Source of the DNA: Thermodesulfobacteriota bacterium
GTDB taxonomy: Bacteria > Desulfobacterota > Desulfobaccia > Desulfobaccales > 0-14-0-80-60-11
Length of the DNA: 64,000 nt
Assembly: GCA_049322355.1 (NCBI GenBank)
Contig: JBMORG010000001.1
Coordinates: 19,410 to 83,409, forward strand
Direction of reading: 5' to 3'
How positions within the stretch are numbered: the stretch's first letter is position 1; each line of letters starts with the position of its first letter. Positions 36,207-45,853 of this stretch are shown here, one piece after another. The position numbers were made by a program, and so were the translations under genes. The notes beneath the pieces are model-generated. The model saw only the letters and a list, made by a program, of their open reading frames with translations. It was not told the DNA's origin and searched no databases.

Positions 36207-36962
36207 ATGGCTTGGTCCGATGCTTGTAAGTTAGAAGCGGTGGCGCAGATTGATAAAAGAAAGGAAAAACTTGGATCGGTTCGCGCCGCCATTAGAGAAA
36301 TTTCTGAAGAAAGCGGAATCCCTCAAAACACGCTTAAAAGATGGAAGTACCCCGAGACAGATTATAAGTGTACCAGAAATGGTACACCCTATCCCTCAAC
36401 AGAAAGTGAAACCTGCGCCACTTACCCCCTTTACACCCAGGACTTTGACTCTGGCCGTAAAAAGCTGGTGTATGGGGTTTGTGAAAGCCATGGTAACCGG
36501 CTTTTTACGATAAAGGAATATCGGGTGACACGAGATGGCAAGGAAGTCGCTACCAGGAATCGGCTCATCTTACCCTTGGATCTCTTCTGCCAGTTCCTGG
36601 TCCATTCAGTAATGATTAAAGAGGAACTCTCAGGAAAATCTGAGGCTGATAGTCCAGGCTACAATGAGGACGAAGTAGGGCCACCGGATGGTGAAAATGC
36701 AAGTGTTTCGCTGGGCGATGCAATTGGACCCGAAAACGAGGCCACGGAAATATCTCCTAAACCAGCCGATAGCGCCGAAGACACCGCTGTTGAGGCTGAA
36801 CTTGTCCAATGTGCCGATTGTTTGCATTTTGCCGCGAAGAAATGGGCCCCCGAAGAGAATGGGGCTTGCAATGCAAGATCAGGTCCTTGGAATGGGAAGA
36901 TTTTCCAGCCGCCTTATGTGCCGCATATTTGTCCAAACTTCCAAGACAAACACTCCGAGTAG
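36207..36962 (+). CDS. Hypothetical protein (Cys-rich C-terminus)
   Basis: The ATG at 36207 avoids overlap with alpA. The C-terminal CADCLHF...CNARSG...HICPNF suggests metal binding. Confidence 0.45.
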   Translation: MAWSDACKLEAVAQIDKRKEKLGSVRAAIREISEESGIPQNTLKRWKYPETDYKCTRNGTPYPSTESETCATYPLYTQDFDSGRKKLVYGVCESHGNRLFTIKEYRVTRDGKEVATRNRLILPLDLFCQFLVHSVMIKEELSGKSEADSPGYNEDEVGPPDGENASVSLGDAIGPENEATEISPKPADSAEDTAVEAELVQCADCLHFAAKKWAPEENGACNARSGPWNGKIFQPPYVPHICPNFQDKHSE

Positions 36963-36971
36963 GATACGGAT

Positions 36972-39494
36972 ATGAATGATTCCCCTTTTCTCGAACGTTT
37001 GGCTGACCGCCTTCGGGCAAGCGATTATAAAAGTCCTCGCTTCAAAGATAACGGCCAGTATATGTCCAATTTGATTTGTCCGGAATGCGGGGATCCCTCT
37101 GCCTGGGCGTATTCCAATGCGCCGTGGTCAATCAATTGTAACCGGCTTAATAAATGCGGCACCAGAACAAAGACCTTAGACCTTTTTCCCGAGCTAATCA
37201 GCAACGTTGAGAAGGAATACACCCCCGAGGACGAAAACCGGCCCGCAACGATCTACTTGCAAAGAAGAGGTCTGAATAAATCCTTGAAGGGGCTGAAATA
37301 CCGCTACATGGCCAACTTGCGAGGCCTCAGCGGCGGCGTTATGTTCCCGGTAGGCCAAGATGAGCATGGTCAGCCCATCTTTAATGGGCGGCTTTTCGAC
37401 CCTCCCCCGAAAGAGGCGAAAGGCCACAACATCGGTTCCACTTCCGGCATGTTTTGGAAACACCCTGGTATCACCTATCACCCAGAAGAGGAGACGTTTG
37501 TCACCGAAGGCATAATTGACGCCCTTTCCCTAATCGAAATCGATCGCCAGGCCATCGCTGTTCTCTCTTCTGGCCAGGACCCCACGAAACTGGACCTCGG
37601 GGAATTTTCCAAATTGGTAACCGCCTTCGATAAAGACGAGGCAGGGAAAAAAGCCGCACAACGCTGGCACAAGGCATTTAAAGGTAAAATTAAAACGATA
37701 ACTCCCATTAAAGGGGACTGGAATGATCTTTTGACCAGTCGGCCTAAAGAAGAGGCGAAGAAATACTTCGAAGAAAAGATAGAGGAATTTAGGGTCCGGG
37801 GAAAACTGGCACTCGCAAAAACCGCGGGAGAGTATGCCCAAATCTTCTGCGATTTTTACCGTCGCCTCCTCGGCCTATTTCCTTTTGAGAAGCAATACTA
37901 CTACTCACAGGAGAGGAATGGTCCTCATGGGCCTGTGCTAATAACCAATCGCGTCTCAAACTTCACGCTCGATGTTCGACACTTTCAGCTTGAAACCGTT
38001 AACCAGGAGGAGCCGGTCAATAGATTTTCCCTCGAAATTAAGCCGCGCAAAGGGCAATCGACAGCCTGTTCGGTTACTGCTGAGGAGATTGCATCGCCTC
38101 ACGGCCTGACGACCATGTTCCTCCAGCGCGCCAGGGTGCTATGGATGGGCGGCAAACCGGAATCGTTGGCCCTGGCTGAATTGATTGTCGAGTCCGGCGC
38201 TCCCGTTGTTCGGCAATTACAGGCAACTGGCTATGACTCGGAATCGGGATGCTATGTTTTCAAAACTTTCCTGATCACCCCCAAGGGGCAAATGCTGCTG
38301 CCTAACAACCACGGCTTTTTCGAGGCAACTCGTGCACTTTATATACGGCCTGCCCCTCACCCCACTTTGAGCCCGGTTAAGGGCATCGCACCCAAAGAAG
38401 TGTGGTGGTTGATTTCTCTGGCCTGGGGGGATAAGGGCGTGGTGGCCGTGGTGTGGGTAGTGGCGAGTTGGTTTGTGAATCAGATAAAGAAAAGAATCGG
38501 CTTCTTCCCGTTCGCATCATTACACAAGGACCCCCAAACTGGAAAAACCCGCCTTGTGAGGACCCTGAACGCAATGCAGGGTCTTGATGAAGAAGGTTTG
38601 CCGATGGTGAAGGTTAACACGAGTAAGGGCGAAGTCCGTCAACTGGCGCAACGGTCTGGCCTGTTCAAGGCCCTGCTGGAAGGCAACAACGCAGAAAAGA
38701 TGCGATTTGATATGGAGACGATCCTGCCCTTGTATAACTCGAACCCATTACAAATAACGGCCAAAAAAACACTCGACATCCAAACCAGGGATGTACCCTT
38801 CCTATCGTCACTCATGTTTGTCCAAAACGTAGAACAATTCAGGTCTCGGGCGCAGCGGGAACGAGTAATATCATTGAAATTCGAGAAAAAAGACCTCACT
38901 GTTGAAACTAAAAAGGCGCTGGATGACTTATTGAAAATACCATTGGCACAACTATCACATTTTTTCGTTGATGTAATGGCTCATCGAAACCAAATTGAGG
39001 ATGAATGGTATGACGAATTTAAACACTGCCAAGAAGAGTTATATGAGGCAATTCCTGATAACCGCCTGAATGAAAATTACGCTCTGATATTAGCATTTCA
39101 TCGGTTGTTATGCAAGATCATCGAAATTGAATATGATCTAAGGCCATATATTGAACAGCTTGGTAAAGAGAAGTATGAAGAATGTAACCGGAGAGATGAA
39201 ACAGTTGCTGATCACTTTTTTAACTTACTTCTTGGTCTCGATCACGATGAAAGGGACCAACAAGCATGTTATAGAACAATAGCAGAGAACAATCAGCTAT
39301 TTATTCATATAGGCAAGGCATTAAAGAGGATTGACGATGCTGGATACCGCTTTACCGTGCAACTGAAGGACCTGCATGCATCGTTAAAAGAGCACCCTTC
39401 CTTTATTAAGAGCAATGACGGTCGGCAGCTGGGTGGAACGTATCAAAAGGGTTGGCTCTTTGACTATGAAAAGATTGTCACTGATGAGGGGTAA
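36972..39494 (+). CDS. Toprim-domain DNA primase / replication initiator of element 2
   Basis: Zn ribbon CPECGDPSAWAY...CNRLNKCG. Toprim motifs FVTEGIIDALSL and VTAFDKDEAGKKAA. A large C-terminal domain of unknown type follows. The gene is immediately followed by iterons. Confidence 0.8.
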   Translation: MNDSPFLERLADRLRASDYKSPRFKDNGQYMSNLICPECGDPSAWAYSNAPWSINCNRLNKCGTRTKTLDLFPELISNVEKEYTPEDENRPATIYLQRRGLNKSLKGLKYRYMANLRGLSGGVMFPVGQDEHGQPIFNGRLFDPPPKEAKGHNIGSTSGMFWKHPGITYHPEEETFVTEGIIDALSLIEIDRQAIAVLSSGQDPTKLDLGEFSKLVTAFDKDEAGKKAAQRWHKAFKGKIKTITPIKGDWNDLLTSRPKEEAKKYFEEKIEEFRVRGKLALAKTAGEYAQIFCDFYRRLLGLFPFEKQYYYSQERNGPHGPVLITNRVSNFTLDVRHFQLETVNQEEPVNRFSLEIKPRKGQSTACSVTAEEIASPHGLTTMFLQRARVLWMGGKPESLALAELIVESGAPVVRQLQATGYDSESGCYVFKTFLITPKGQMLLPNNHGFFEATRALYIRPAPHPTLSPVKGIAPKEVWWLISLAWGDKGVVAVVWVVASWFVNQIKKRIGFFPFASLHKDPQTGKTRLVRTLNAMQGLDEEGLPMVKVNTSKGEVRQLAQRSGLFKALLEGNNAEKMRFDMETILPLYNSNPLQITAKKTLDIQTRDVPFLSSLMFVQNVEQFRSRAQRERVISLKFEKKDLTVETKKALDDLLKIPLAQLSHFFVDVMAHRNQIEDEWYDEFKHCQEELYEAIPDNRLNENYALILAFHRLLCKIIEIEYDLRPYIEQLGKEKYEECNRRDETVADHFFNLLLGLDHDERDQQACYRTIAENNQLFIHIGKALKRIDDAGYRFTVQLKDLHASLKEHPSFIKSNDGRQLGGTYQKGWLFDYEKIVTDEG

Positions 39495-39790
39495 GGTTTC
39501 AGAGGTTTCACCAAGGTTTCATATAAGGTTTCAGTGAATAACCAGTATTTATCTATATCTTATATATATTGAAACCTCTGAAACCTCTAAAACTATATAT
39601 CAATTTATAGGGGTGACATAGATCAATGACAACCGGATATGAAAAAATTCTTGACCTGATGCACAGGAAAAACAAAATTTCCGATTCGAGGTTTCAGAGG
39701 TTTCACGGCAACTTAATTAGTTGTTATAATTCAGAAAAGAATGAAACCTCTCCCGAAACCTCAGAGGTTTCACCCGAAGTTTCAGCGGCT
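39495..39790. repeat. Iteron-type replication origin candidate: 12 GGTTTCA/TGAAACC heptamers around an AT-rich core
   Basis: Direct copies lie at 39495, 39504, 39515 and 39527. The AT-rich tract accagtatttatctatatcttatatatat spans 39541-39569. Inverted copies lie at 39570 and 39579. Further copies lie at 39690, 39699, 39742, 39754 (degenerate), 39766 and 39778 (degenerate). The 13-mer TCAGAGGTTTCAC occurs three times. Confidence 0.7.
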
Positions 39791-40594
39791 GCGCCCCCCA
39801 TTTCCTCCTCTTTAATTCCCGAAATCCAAGCCTGGATCGCCAGCGTCGTCGAGCTCGCCCTAATCGGGAAGCTGACCGAGGCCGTAGCGCTCTCCGTAAA
39901 ACCGGCATTTCAGTCAATCTTGGGTGAAGGTCCGGTGTGGTTCTGCCCGGACCAGGTGACTGCCGACAGTAAGGCCCCTGACTTGGCTTTTACCGGCGAA
40001 GAACTAGCTGTGGTCATCCCGCTCTTACACCACGGGGATCGGCAACTTGCGGAGGCGGTGGTCATGGCAAAGAGAATCCTGGGAGGGACCATCATGGTCT
40101 CTTCTTTAGACCCGGAAGCAGCGCAGCCTTCCGATGACCTGGCGGTTTTGAGTTCGCAGGAAGAGGCAAAGGATGATGGCAGCACAGGCCAGCAAAAGGG
40201 CGGGGTGAGTCAGTCAACCCCAGAGGGACTCGCCAGCCCCGGCCGGCATCTGGTGAAAATTTCCAAGGTGCTCTGCTACCTGCATAATTTTCCTGAATAC
40301 ACAGGCCCCAGAGCCCGCCTAGAGATGGAAATTCTCGAAGGTCCCGATACCGGTAAAACCATCGTCGATAACATCTCTTTGCCGCACCCGCAGGAACCAC
40401 CGGGCAGGAAGAAGCGCCGGATCGAAATTGCTTACCGCCTTGGCCTGATCCCGCATGGGGCAAGGGGTACCGTCAAGATAGATTGGAATTGCTTGGAAGG
40501 CAAAATCGGTCTGGCGCATTACGGTTATAAAACCATTTCCGGGCGTGTATTCCCCACGGTGGAGTGGGAAAAATATGAACACAAGGAGAGTTGA
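39626..40594 (+). CDS. Hypothetical protein; the 5' ~160 nt overlaps iterons, so the true start may be downstream
   Basis: A long ORF with no recognisable motif. The N-terminal peptide (RFQRFHG, ETSPETSEVSPEVS) is dictated by the repeat DNA. Confidence 0.4.
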   Translation: MTTGYEKILDLMHRKNKISDSRFQRFHGNLISCYNSEKNETSPETSEVSPEVSAAAPPISSSLIPEIQAWIASVVELALIGKLTEAVALSVKPAFQSILGEGPVWFCPDQVTADSKAPDLAFTGEELAVVIPLLHHGDRQLAEAVVMAKRILGGTIMVSSLDPEAAQPSDDLAVLSSQEEAKDDGSTGQQKGGVSQSTPEGLASPGRHLVKISKVLCYLHNFPEYTGPRARLEMEILEGPDTGKTIVDNISLPHPQEPPGRKKRRIEIAYRLGLIPHGARGTVKIDWNCLEGKIGLAHYGYKTISGRVFPTVEWEKYEHKES

Positions 40595-40595
40595 A

Positions 40596-40844
40596 ATGGA
40601 TACTACTGACTGGAATGACCCAATGGTAAAGGAAGTTTTGAAGCGGATGGACATCAGGAAGGAATTTGAACGATGGGGCGGCAAAATCCTGCCAGGCGCA
40701 GAGCCTAATTCTAAAGGCTGGATTGAAAGCGAGGCTATGTTTAATCAGGGTTATAGGGCTTTTATTAATATTGGCAACGGGCCAGATCGGGGAGCGTACG
40801 TTGAATTTCCTCCCGACGATTTCCCGGATAAATTGGACGGCTGA
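40596..40844 (+). CDS. Hypothetical small protein
   Basis: The ATG at 40596 is preceded by aaggagag. Confidence 0.4.
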   Translation: MDTTDWNDPMVKEVLKRMDIRKEFERWGGKILPGAEPNSKGWIESEAMFNQGYRAFINIGNGPDRGAYVEFPPDDFPDKLDG

Positions 40845-40881
40845 CCCCACCGACAAACCAACGATAAAAGGGAGACATAAA

Positions 40882-41337
40882 ATGACATATAAAGACGATG
40901 ATTCGAGAATGTCGCCTCGCGAGCTGAAATTCCTGGAGCATTATTTCTCAGGCTCCACGATGAAGGACGCCGTTAAAGCTGCAGGCTATAGAGGGGCAAG
41001 TGCCCCGGCACTTTGTAACACTGGGAGAGCGATTTTGACAAGATATGAGCAAAACACAAGCGCTCAGGAAATATTTCGCCGGGTAGGGGCCAGTGAGACC
41101 CGGATCGCCCAGCTTCTTCTGAATCTGGCCGAAAACGCGGAGTCTGAGGGCACACGAGTCCATGCACTGGGTATTCTGTCGAAATGTATGGGCCTGCAGC
41201 GGGAATCGAATGAACCCGTCCGGGGTGCAAAGATTATTATTTCAGGTCCTGATCTACCAAATGAGCCCGGCCCACCTCCTAACACAGGCCAGATGACTCA
41301 TCTTAAACAAACAACTCCTCTTAAGATTACGAGATGA
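40882..41337 (+). CDS. terS: Phage terminase small subunit-like protein (Terminase_2 type)
   Basis: The ATG at 40882 is preceded by aaagggaga. MSPRELKFLEHYFSGSTMKDAVKAAGYRGASAPALCNTGRAIL matches the LxPxxxxFxxxY...A...AGY...A...G pattern of small terminases. Confidence 0.65.
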   Translation: MTYKDDDSRMSPRELKFLEHYFSGSTMKDAVKAAGYRGASAPALCNTGRAILTRYEQNTSAQEIFRRVGASETRIAQLLLNLAENAESEGTRVHALGILSKCMGLQRESNEPVRGAKIIISGPDLPNEPGPPPNTGQMTHLKQTTPLKITR

Positions 41338-41437
41338 CGCACACTGTAATGAGGGGATGGTCACGGATCGAAAAAATGGACCCTCCCCTCAATATTCATT
41401 AATTTTCATATGTAACTTTGAATGGACATAAGGAAAA

Positions 41438-41866
41438 ATGACCAAATTTTCGGCAAAAAAACAGCTTAAAGGCAAGCCCCGTGGAAGACCGTTTCCGCCA
41501 GGTGTATCTGGTAACCCACGGGGCAGACCGAAAGGCAGGTTGAACAAAAGCAGCCTTTCTGTGCTGGAGGGGGTCGAAAAGGCGCTGGCGAAGATTAAAC
41601 GGGCTGAAGAAGAGCGGGCCAAGCCCCTGATTCTGGACAAAACGCGGCATTTTGAAGCCTGGTCAGACTGTTACATCCAAGATGGCATGCGGTTCCGCAA
41701 GGACAACTTGGAACGGGTAAACCCCAACGGCGACATCCCCCTCCGACCGAAGCGGTTAAATATAAGGGAGAATAGGCAGGCGGTGCTTTGGGGAGGGCGC
41801 AGATATTGGAGTCAATATGGCTGGTTGTTCGATCCATCCACATGGAAAGCAGTGAATCCTGATTAG
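41438..41866 (+). CDS. DUF5681-like phage-associated protein
   Basis: N-terminal GKPRGRPFPPGVSGNPRGRPKGRLNK (the GNPxGRPKG motif). Confidence 0.5.
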   Translation: MTKFSAKKQLKGKPRGRPFPPGVSGNPRGRPKGRLNKSSLSVLEGVEKALAKIKRAEEERAKPLILDKTRHFEAWSDCYIQDGMRFRKDNLERVNPNGDIPLRPKRLNIRENRQAVLWGGRRYWSQYGWLFDPSTWKAVNPD

Positions 41867-42054
41867 GGAGGCCGCTTGGCAGCAATTCCACGACCATTAT
41901 CACGTGTTAATTAGCCACATCTCCCCTCATTCCAAATCCAACCTCATTTATCGTATTCCCACGGGATGCCGATAGCTTCACAAAACCATTTGACCTATTG
42001 TTGCAAATGGCAATATGATGAAAAACAGCTTATCACATCAATGAGGAAGACTGT

Positions 42055-43569
42055 ATGGATGTGACCCGTGCGAATGGTAGCAGCCTCACCCTGTCTCAAC
42101 TCGAATCGCACCTTTGGGAAGCAGCCAACATTCTGCGCGGACCGGTTGATGCCGCCGACTTCAAGACCTACGTTTTTCCCCTCCTCTTTTTTAAGCGCAT
42201 TTCTGACGTACACGATGAGGAGTACCAAGCGGCATTGTCTGAGTCGGGAGGGGACGAAGAGTATGCCAGGTTCCCTCAAAATTACCGCTTTCAAGTCCCA
42301 GAAGATTGTCATTGGCGCGATGTCCGGGCGGTGACGACCAATGTTGGTCAGGCCTTCCAAACTGCCATGCGTGGTATTGAAACCGCAAACCCGGAAACGC
42401 TTTATGCTATCTTCGGCGATGCCCAGTGGACGAACAAGGACCGTCTCTCTGACACGCTATTGCGTGACCTAATTGAGCATTTCTCCCGGATCAACTTGGG
42501 CAACGAAGCGGCGCAGGCCGACATCCTCGGACAGTCTTACGAATATCTCATAAAAAAGTTTGCTGATCTCACCAATAAGAAGGCAGGAGAGTTTTACACC
42601 CCGCGTTCGGTTGTCCGGCTAATGGTAAACATCCTTGATCCCCAAGAGAGTGAATCTATCTATGATCCCGCTTGTGGCACCGGAGGGATGCTATTAGAGG
42701 CGATACACCATGTTCGAGAGCACCACGGTGACGACCGTACTCTCTGGGGCAGGCTTTCGGGCCAGGAAAAGAATCTGACCACCGCCGCCATTGCCCGCAT
42801 GAATCTTTTTCTACATGGGGCTGCTGATTTCAATATCGTGCGCGGCGATACATTGCGAAATCCAGCTTTTTTTTCAGGCGATAATCTCGCCACTTTCGAC
42901 TGCGTCATCGCCAATCCGCCATTCTCCCTTGAAAAGTGGGGAGAGGAAGTCTGGGCCAGTGATCCCTTTGGTCGGAACTTCGCCGGCATGCCCCCGGCTA
43001 AGAGTGGCGACTTCGCCTGGGTCCAGCACATGATTAAATCCATGGCACCGAAAACTGGCCGCATGGCGGTAGTCCTGCCCCACGGGGTTCTGTTTCGCAT
43101 GGGGGCCGAAGGCAAGATTCGCCAAGAACTTCTCAACATGGACCTTCTCGAAGCCGTTATCGGCCTTGGACCAAATCTCTTTTATGGCACCGGCCTCGCA
43201 GCCTGCATTCTGGTCTTCCGCCGGCGTAAAGCACTGGAGCGCAAGAACAAGGTACATATCATTGACGCTTCTCGGGAGTTCAAGAAAGGCCGGGCCCAGA
43301 ACGAATTACTCCCGGAACACGTTGACCGCATTTATCGGTTGTACCAGGATTATGCCAATGTCGATGGGGTTGCCCGAGTGGTCAACCTGGAGGAGATCGC
43401 ATCAAACGATTACAACCTCAATATTCCCCGCTATGTTGAGCCCAAAGTGGAACACGAGGTGCTCACGGTGGAGGAGGCCAAGGGACATCTGCGGCTTAGC
43501 GCTGATGGGGCCTTTGAGGCAGAGGAAAAACTCATCAGCCTGCTCAAGAGCGAGGGGCTTCTGACTTAA
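42055..43569 (+). CDS. hsdM: Type I restriction-modification N6-adenine DNA methyltransferase subunit (free M subunit)
   Basis: HsdM N-terminal domain LESHLWEAANILRG. Motif I is YDPACGTGGML and motif IV is VIANPPFS. Confidence 0.9.
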   Translation: MDVTRANGSSLTLSQLESHLWEAANILRGPVDAADFKTYVFPLLFFKRISDVHDEEYQAALSESGGDEEYARFPQNYRFQVPEDCHWRDVRAVTTNVGQAFQTAMRGIETANPETLYAIFGDAQWTNKDRLSDTLLRDLIEHFSRINLGNEAAQADILGQSYEYLIKKFADLTNKKAGEFYTPRSVVRLMVNILDPQESESIYDPACGTGGMLLEAIHHVREHHGDDRTLWGRLSGQEKNLTTAAIARMNLFLHGAADFNIVRGDTLRNPAFFSGDNLATFDCVIANPPFSLEKWGEEVWASDPFGRNFAGMPPAKSGDFAWVQHMIKSMAPKTGRMAVVLPHGVLFRMGAEGKIRQELLNMDLLEAVIGLGPNLFYGTGLAACILVFRRRKALERKNKVHIIDASREFKKGRAQNELLPEHVDRIYRLYQDYANVDGVARVVNLEEIASNDYNLNIPRYVEPKVEHEVLTVEEAKGHLRLSADGAFEAEEKLISLLKSEGLLT

Positions 43570-43621
43570 TTGCAACGACGAGCATGGAACCTGAAATTAC
43601 CTAAGGGGTTGTCACGGAAAT

Positions 43622-45853
43622 ATGAGAGACGCACAAAAACCTGACCATATTAGCCTTAATACGCTTATTGGAAGACTCAAGGAAGGACGGTTCGTTATTC
43701 CAGACTTCCAGCGCGAATTTGAATGGCGCCCTTGGGACATCCGGGACTTGATGCGCTCCATTTTTCTCGACTATTACATCGGTAGTCTTCTCCTGTGGAA
43801 AGGCAAGAAAGAGAACTTCGCAGCTCTCTCGTGTCAAGCGATTCATGGGTTCGAGGGAGAAGAGAGACCCGAATCCATCGTGCTCGATGGCCAGCAGCGC
43901 CTCACTGCGATGTATTACGCCTTTCTCGCACCCGATGTTCCACTACCTCACCGGGCCAGTCGCGCCTTTTATTTCATCAATATTGAGAAATTCATGGCTG
44001 AGGTATACGACGAGGCCTTTGGCTACGATTGGCTTTCACGCCGATGGTTGAAAATCCTCGGTAACCGGGAGGCCCAATATGCGGACCATATCTTCCCTCT
44101 ATCGGTCGTAGGTGCAGGTGGGCGTGATCTGTGGAAATGGATAGATGGTTATGAGAAGTTTTGGCTTAGAAAAGCATCGGAAGCGGAATCCTCAGGCGAT
44201 ACAGCAAAATTCGTTGCCGCAACCCAGCATGCTGAAAATGCGATCGCCTTCGACGAACATCTCAGGGGGATCACTGAACAATACCAAATCTCTTACATAG
44301 AGCTGGATCAAGACCTCAGTATTGACAAGGTATGTGATATCTTCACGCAAATCAATAGCCGGGGTATTCGCCTCGACATTTTTGATCTCATGAATGCGCT
44401 ATTGAAGCCCAAAGACCTCAAACTCAAAAAAATGTGGCGTGACGCTGCTCCGCGTCTTGAGTTCGTCAATAGCGAGAAGATGAATGTCTATATCCTCCAA
44501 GTCATGTCCATCCTGAGACAAAATTACTGCTCGCCCAAGTACCTTTATTTTCTTCTCCCTGGTCAAGAGAAAACAGTCCGCAATCCGGATGGCACCCGCC
44601 AAAAGGAGATTCTGATCGCAGACATTGCCGAATTCGAGAGGCTTTGGAACCAAGCTGTCTCTTCCCTGGAAGCTGCCATCTATGTGTTGCGACAGCCCCA
44701 AGAATTTGGTGCCCTCTCCTCTGATTATTTGCCATATGTCTCCATCCTGCCAATTTTCGCCGCTCTTCAGGCTCACGTTAAAACGATTCCGGCAATGCGT
44801 CGCCTCGATGCCCAACGCAAGATTCGCCACTGGTATTGGGCCTCCGTCTTCAATAACCGCTATTCAGGCGCTGTAGAATCCACCAGCGCCCGTGATTTTC
44901 TTGACCTCAAGGCATGGATTGATGATGACGCCGCCGAACCGCCCTTAGTCTTTGAGTTTGCCAACACTTTCCGCAACCTGGATCTTCGCAAGGAAACCAA
45001 GCGCGGAACTTCGGTTTATAACGGAATATTTAATCTCTTGGTTCTTCAGGGCGCTCGGGATTGGATGAGCGGCACAGTCCCACAACATAACAATCTGGAT
45101 GATCACCATATTGTTCCCGCGTCCTGGGGCGCCAGAAATATCGAAGGTGGATTGGGTCACACAATCCTGAACCGGACGCCTTTGACGGCCGAAACCAACC
45201 GGCAGGTGATCCGCGACCGCCTGCCCAACGCCTACCTGCCGGAACTCATTGGGGCAAGCGGAGAAGGGACCGTTCGTGCCATCTTGGAGTCACACTTTAT
45301 TTCGCCTGCCGCATTCGCTATCCTACTGCGAAATCCCTTTGGTCCCGAAGATTTTCAATCCTTTATCTCTGAGCGCCAGAAGACGATCCTTGAAGCCATT
45401 GAAAACCTGCTTATAAAGGAACGGCTGGACTTACCACCGCAGCTTCGAGAGCTCGATGCGGCGATTGAGCAAATAGAGTTATCTATCCGTGAAGCAATCC
45501 AATCAACTCTCAACGGCGATATATCTCTTATCCCTTCCCATGTGCTCGTGAAAGTTGAAGAACGTATTTCACGGGCGACCAAAAAGACCGCGGCCCTCAA
45601 TGGGGATTATTATCAAACCTTGACCGGCAAGTTGGAATACTTTGATTTGCGAGAACTCCAAGACACCATCACCAACAGTTCTCTCTGGCCACATTTCCAA
45701 CCGCAATTCGTAAATAAAGAAACCTTTGTTAAAAAGTTCGACCAGCTCGGTGAACTGCGGAATGGCATTCGACACAGCCGGACGGTGGACGACATTACCC
45801 GGAAAGAGGGTGAAGCCTCAATACTCTGGTTTAAGCAAGTGCTTGGTAAATGA
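43622..45853 (+). CDS. DUF262 (ParB-like NTPase/nuclease) plus DUF1524 (His-Me/HNH-like) plus C-terminal HEPN-like domain protein
   Basis: DUF262 motifs FVIPDFQREFEW and LDGQQRLTAMY. DUF1524-like DDHHIVP...NRTPLTAETNR. The C-terminal ELRNGIRHSR is an Rx4H HEPN-type motif. The stop overlaps the next start (ATGA at 45850-45853). Confidence 0.75.
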   Translation: MRDAQKPDHISLNTLIGRLKEGRFVIPDFQREFEWRPWDIRDLMRSIFLDYYIGSLLLWKGKKENFAALSCQAIHGFEGEERPESIVLDGQQRLTAMYYAFLAPDVPLPHRASRAFYFINIEKFMAEVYDEAFGYDWLSRRWLKILGNREAQYADHIFPLSVVGAGGRDLWKWIDGYEKFWLRKASEAESSGDTAKFVAATQHAENAIAFDEHLRGITEQYQISYIELDQDLSIDKVCDIFTQINSRGIRLDIFDLMNALLKPKDLKLKKMWRDAAPRLEFVNSEKMNVYILQVMSILRQNYCSPKYLYFLLPGQEKTVRNPDGTRQKEILIADIAEFERLWNQAVSSLEAAIYVLRQPQEFGALSSDYLPYVSILPIFAALQAHVKTIPAMRRLDAQRKIRHWYWASVFNNRYSGAVESTSARDFLDLKAWIDDDAAEPPLVFEFANTFRNLDLRKETKRGTSVYNGIFNLLVLQGARDWMSGTVPQHNNLDDHHIVPASWGARNIEGGLGHTILNRTPLTAETNRQVIRDRLPNAYLPELIGASGEGTVRAILESHFISPAAFAILLRNPFGPEDFQSFISERQKTILEAIENLLIKERLDLPPQLRELDAAIEQIELSIREAIQSTLNGDISLIPSHVLVKVEERISRATKKTAALNGDYYQTLTGKLEYFDLRELQDTITNSSLWPHFQPQFVNKETFVKKFDQLGELRNGIRHSRTVDDITRKEGEASILWFKQVLGK

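Noticed and set aside
39495-39790. Considered a CRISPR array because of the closely spaced short repeats.
   Set aside because: The repeat unit is only 7-13 bp, and copies occur in both orientations with irregular, very short spacing and no spacers. This is iteron architecture, not CRISPR. No cas genes are present.
41989-42019. A sigma70-like promoter (TTGACC, 17-18 nt spacer, TATGAT) upstream of hsdM1.
   Set aside because: It is plausible but unsupported beyond hexamer resemblance in an organism of unknown promoter consensus, so it is not listed as a feature.
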